From NCBI GenBank assembly GCA_965204665.1, contig OZ242002.1, positions 1,497,995 through 1,561,994 on the forward strand: a DNA stretch of 64,000 nucleotides. The letters are read 5' to 3'. A model generated the notes under the pieces. It was not told the origin of the DNA and searched no databases. It saw only the letters and a program-made list of their open reading frames with translations. The stretch comes from Thermodesulfobacteriota bacterium (lineage in GTDB: Bacteria > Desulfobacterota_D > UBA1144 > Nemesobacterales > Nemesobacteraceae). The position numbers were made by a program, and so were the translations under genes. This document shows positions 58,104 through 64,000 of this stretch, piece after piece. Each line of letters opens with the position of its first letter. Position 1 is the stretch's first letter.

Positions 58104-59480
58104 ATGCTGAACCTGTCTGGAAAAAAAATCGCTGTCCTGCTGTTGATAGTGACCTTGGGTTTTCTGGCGCTTTTGGTTTTACCTTTTCTGGAAAGAATTC
58201 CTCCGGTTGTATCGGTTGAAAGACTTGAAGAACAAGGTTCCGGTGCAAGCCTGGGTAATGAGCCTTTTAATGTATCCGTATCTGATGAGGGTACAGGTCT
58301 TCTCAAGGTGAGAATATATCTTATGGATGCCTATGGAGAGTCTGTTCTTCTTGAAAAAAAATATGAGAAGGGAATGAAGAAAGACCTTCTGAGCGTTAGT
58401 ATAGACCACCGGAAACTCGGTATAAAAAGTGGTCCTTCCAAGATTTTCGTGGAAGTGACCGACAGATTTACAGAAGGTTTTTTCCCGGGCAATAAAACCG
58501 TCTTCAGCCGTGATGTGACGCTTGATTTTGTCCCTCCGACGATTGAGGAACTGTCTTCCATGAACTACGTGAGGCACGGCGGCAGCGGGGCGATTATATA
58601 CAGGACTTCAAGCGACGCAACCGTAAGCGGAGTGAGTATAAAGGACCTTTTTTTTCCGGGTTATCCCGGACATTTCTCCGACCCGCTCATACATATTGCA
58701 TTTTTCGCCTATCCGCATGACTTTGCCCGAGGTGAAGATATGAAGATTGTCGCCTCTGATTCAGCCGGAAATAAATCATGGGAAGGCATATCCTACAGTC
58801 TTTTGCGGAGCAGTTACGTAGATGACAGGATTTCCGTTTCCCGGTGGTTCATGGAGAAAAAAATCTCTCCTCTTTACTCTAGGATATACGGACGGAAACC
58901 GGAGGCTCGGGAAGGACTGTCTGCGCTTGAAACCGCTTTTTTGAAGATCAACAGGGATATCAGGGCGGAAAACGACCGCACGATATACGAGGTCGGAACT
59001 GTGAGCCGCGGTGAAATACTGTGGGAAGGAAAATTCGACCAACTTCCGAACTCTAAAGTGGGCGCCACTTTTGCCGACCGCAGGGAATACTTGATGGATG
59101 ACCGAGTGATTGATAAGCAGTATCACTTGGGATACGACCTTTCGGTCACAAGAAGATATCCCGTCACCGCATCCAATGCCGGGGTTGTGGTGTTCACGGA
59201 TTTTCTGGGAATATATGGAAACACCGTGATCATCGACCACGGAATGGGTCTTATGACCCTTTATTCTCATTTGAGTTCCATCGATGTCTCGGTCGGGCAG
59301 AGCGTTACGAGAAAAGATATCATAGGAAAAACGGGCACCACCGGACTTGCTGTGGGAGACCACCTTCATTTCGGCGTTTATGTACACGGCATCGCCGTGC
59401 GGCCGCTTGAATGGTGGGACAGCAAGTGGATCAAGGACAACATCGTGCGCAAGATAGATTCTGTCAGAAAAAATTACTGA
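58104..59480 (+). CDS. Membrane-anchored M23-family (LytM) peptidase
   Basis: N-terminal TM. C-terminal HLGYD...GNTVIIDHG...GDHLHFGV zinc-binding motifs. Confidence 0.85.
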   Translation: MLNLSGKKIAVLLLIVTLGFLALLVLPFLERIPPVVSVERLEEQGSGASLGNEPFNVSVSDEGTGLLKVRIYLMDAYGESVLLEKKYEKGMKKDLLSVSIDHRKLGIKSGPSKIFVEVTDRFTEGFFPGNKTVFSRDVTLDFVPPTIEELSSMNYVRHGGSGAIIYRTSSDATVSGVSIKDLFFPGYPGHFSDPLIHIAFFAYPHDFARGEDMKIVASDSAGNKSWEGISYSLLRSSYVDDRISVSRWFMEKKISPLYSRIYGRKPEAREGLSALETAFLKINRDIRAENDRTIYEVGTVSRGEILWEGKFDQLPNSKVGATFADRREYLMDDRVIDKQYHLGYDLSVTRRYPVTASNAGVVVFTDFLGIYGNTVIIDHGMGLMTLYSHLSSIDVSVGQSVTRKDIIGKTGTTGLAVGDHLHFGVYVHGIAVRPLEWWDSKWIKDNIVRKIDSVRKNY

Positions 59481-59497
59481 GTGCCGGAGTCCGCTTC

Positions 59498-64000
<4,503 letters not shown>

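Overview
This is a bacterial chromosomal window of about 64 kb, mostly housekeeping genes with three accessory patches. The core genes are dnaJ (partial), a MoaD-like sulfur carrier next to a ThrC-family PLP enzyme, an MBL hydrolase, metH, IHF/HU, an aminotransferase, tpiA-secG, ferredoxin, nth, two tandem alpha/beta hydrolases, pckA, tRNA-Glu/Lys, two MFS transporters, trmI-rsmG-mtnP with a PfkB kinase, cbpA-like plus DUF1844, mrp plus DUF59, an AddAB-like pair, a GT2, tRNA-Arg, a DtxR-regulated metal ABC transporter, a GT4, der, tamB-like, an M23 peptidase, rlmB-like, ligA and polX (partial). The accessory content is: (1) an MmeI-like single-chain Type IIL restriction-modification gene, GC-rich and foreign-looking, next to the tRNA pair; (2) a frameshifted IS1182-family transposase; (3) the most striking signal, a family of three paralogous lipoproteins with collagen-like Gly-X-Y repeats and RTX calcium-binding repeats. 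Each paralog is preceded by a near-consensus sigma70 promoter whose spacer contains a 9-10 nt poly-G tract (TTGACT-N15/16-TAAAAT or TAGAAT). That is a classic slipped-strand phase-variation architecture. The paralogs are also flanked by repeated copies of the 5' end of a degenerate, frameshifted Fic gene and a conserved 3' terminator. No CRISPR array or rRNA gene was found. Coordinates for short elements were counted by hand from the sequence and may be off by a few bases.
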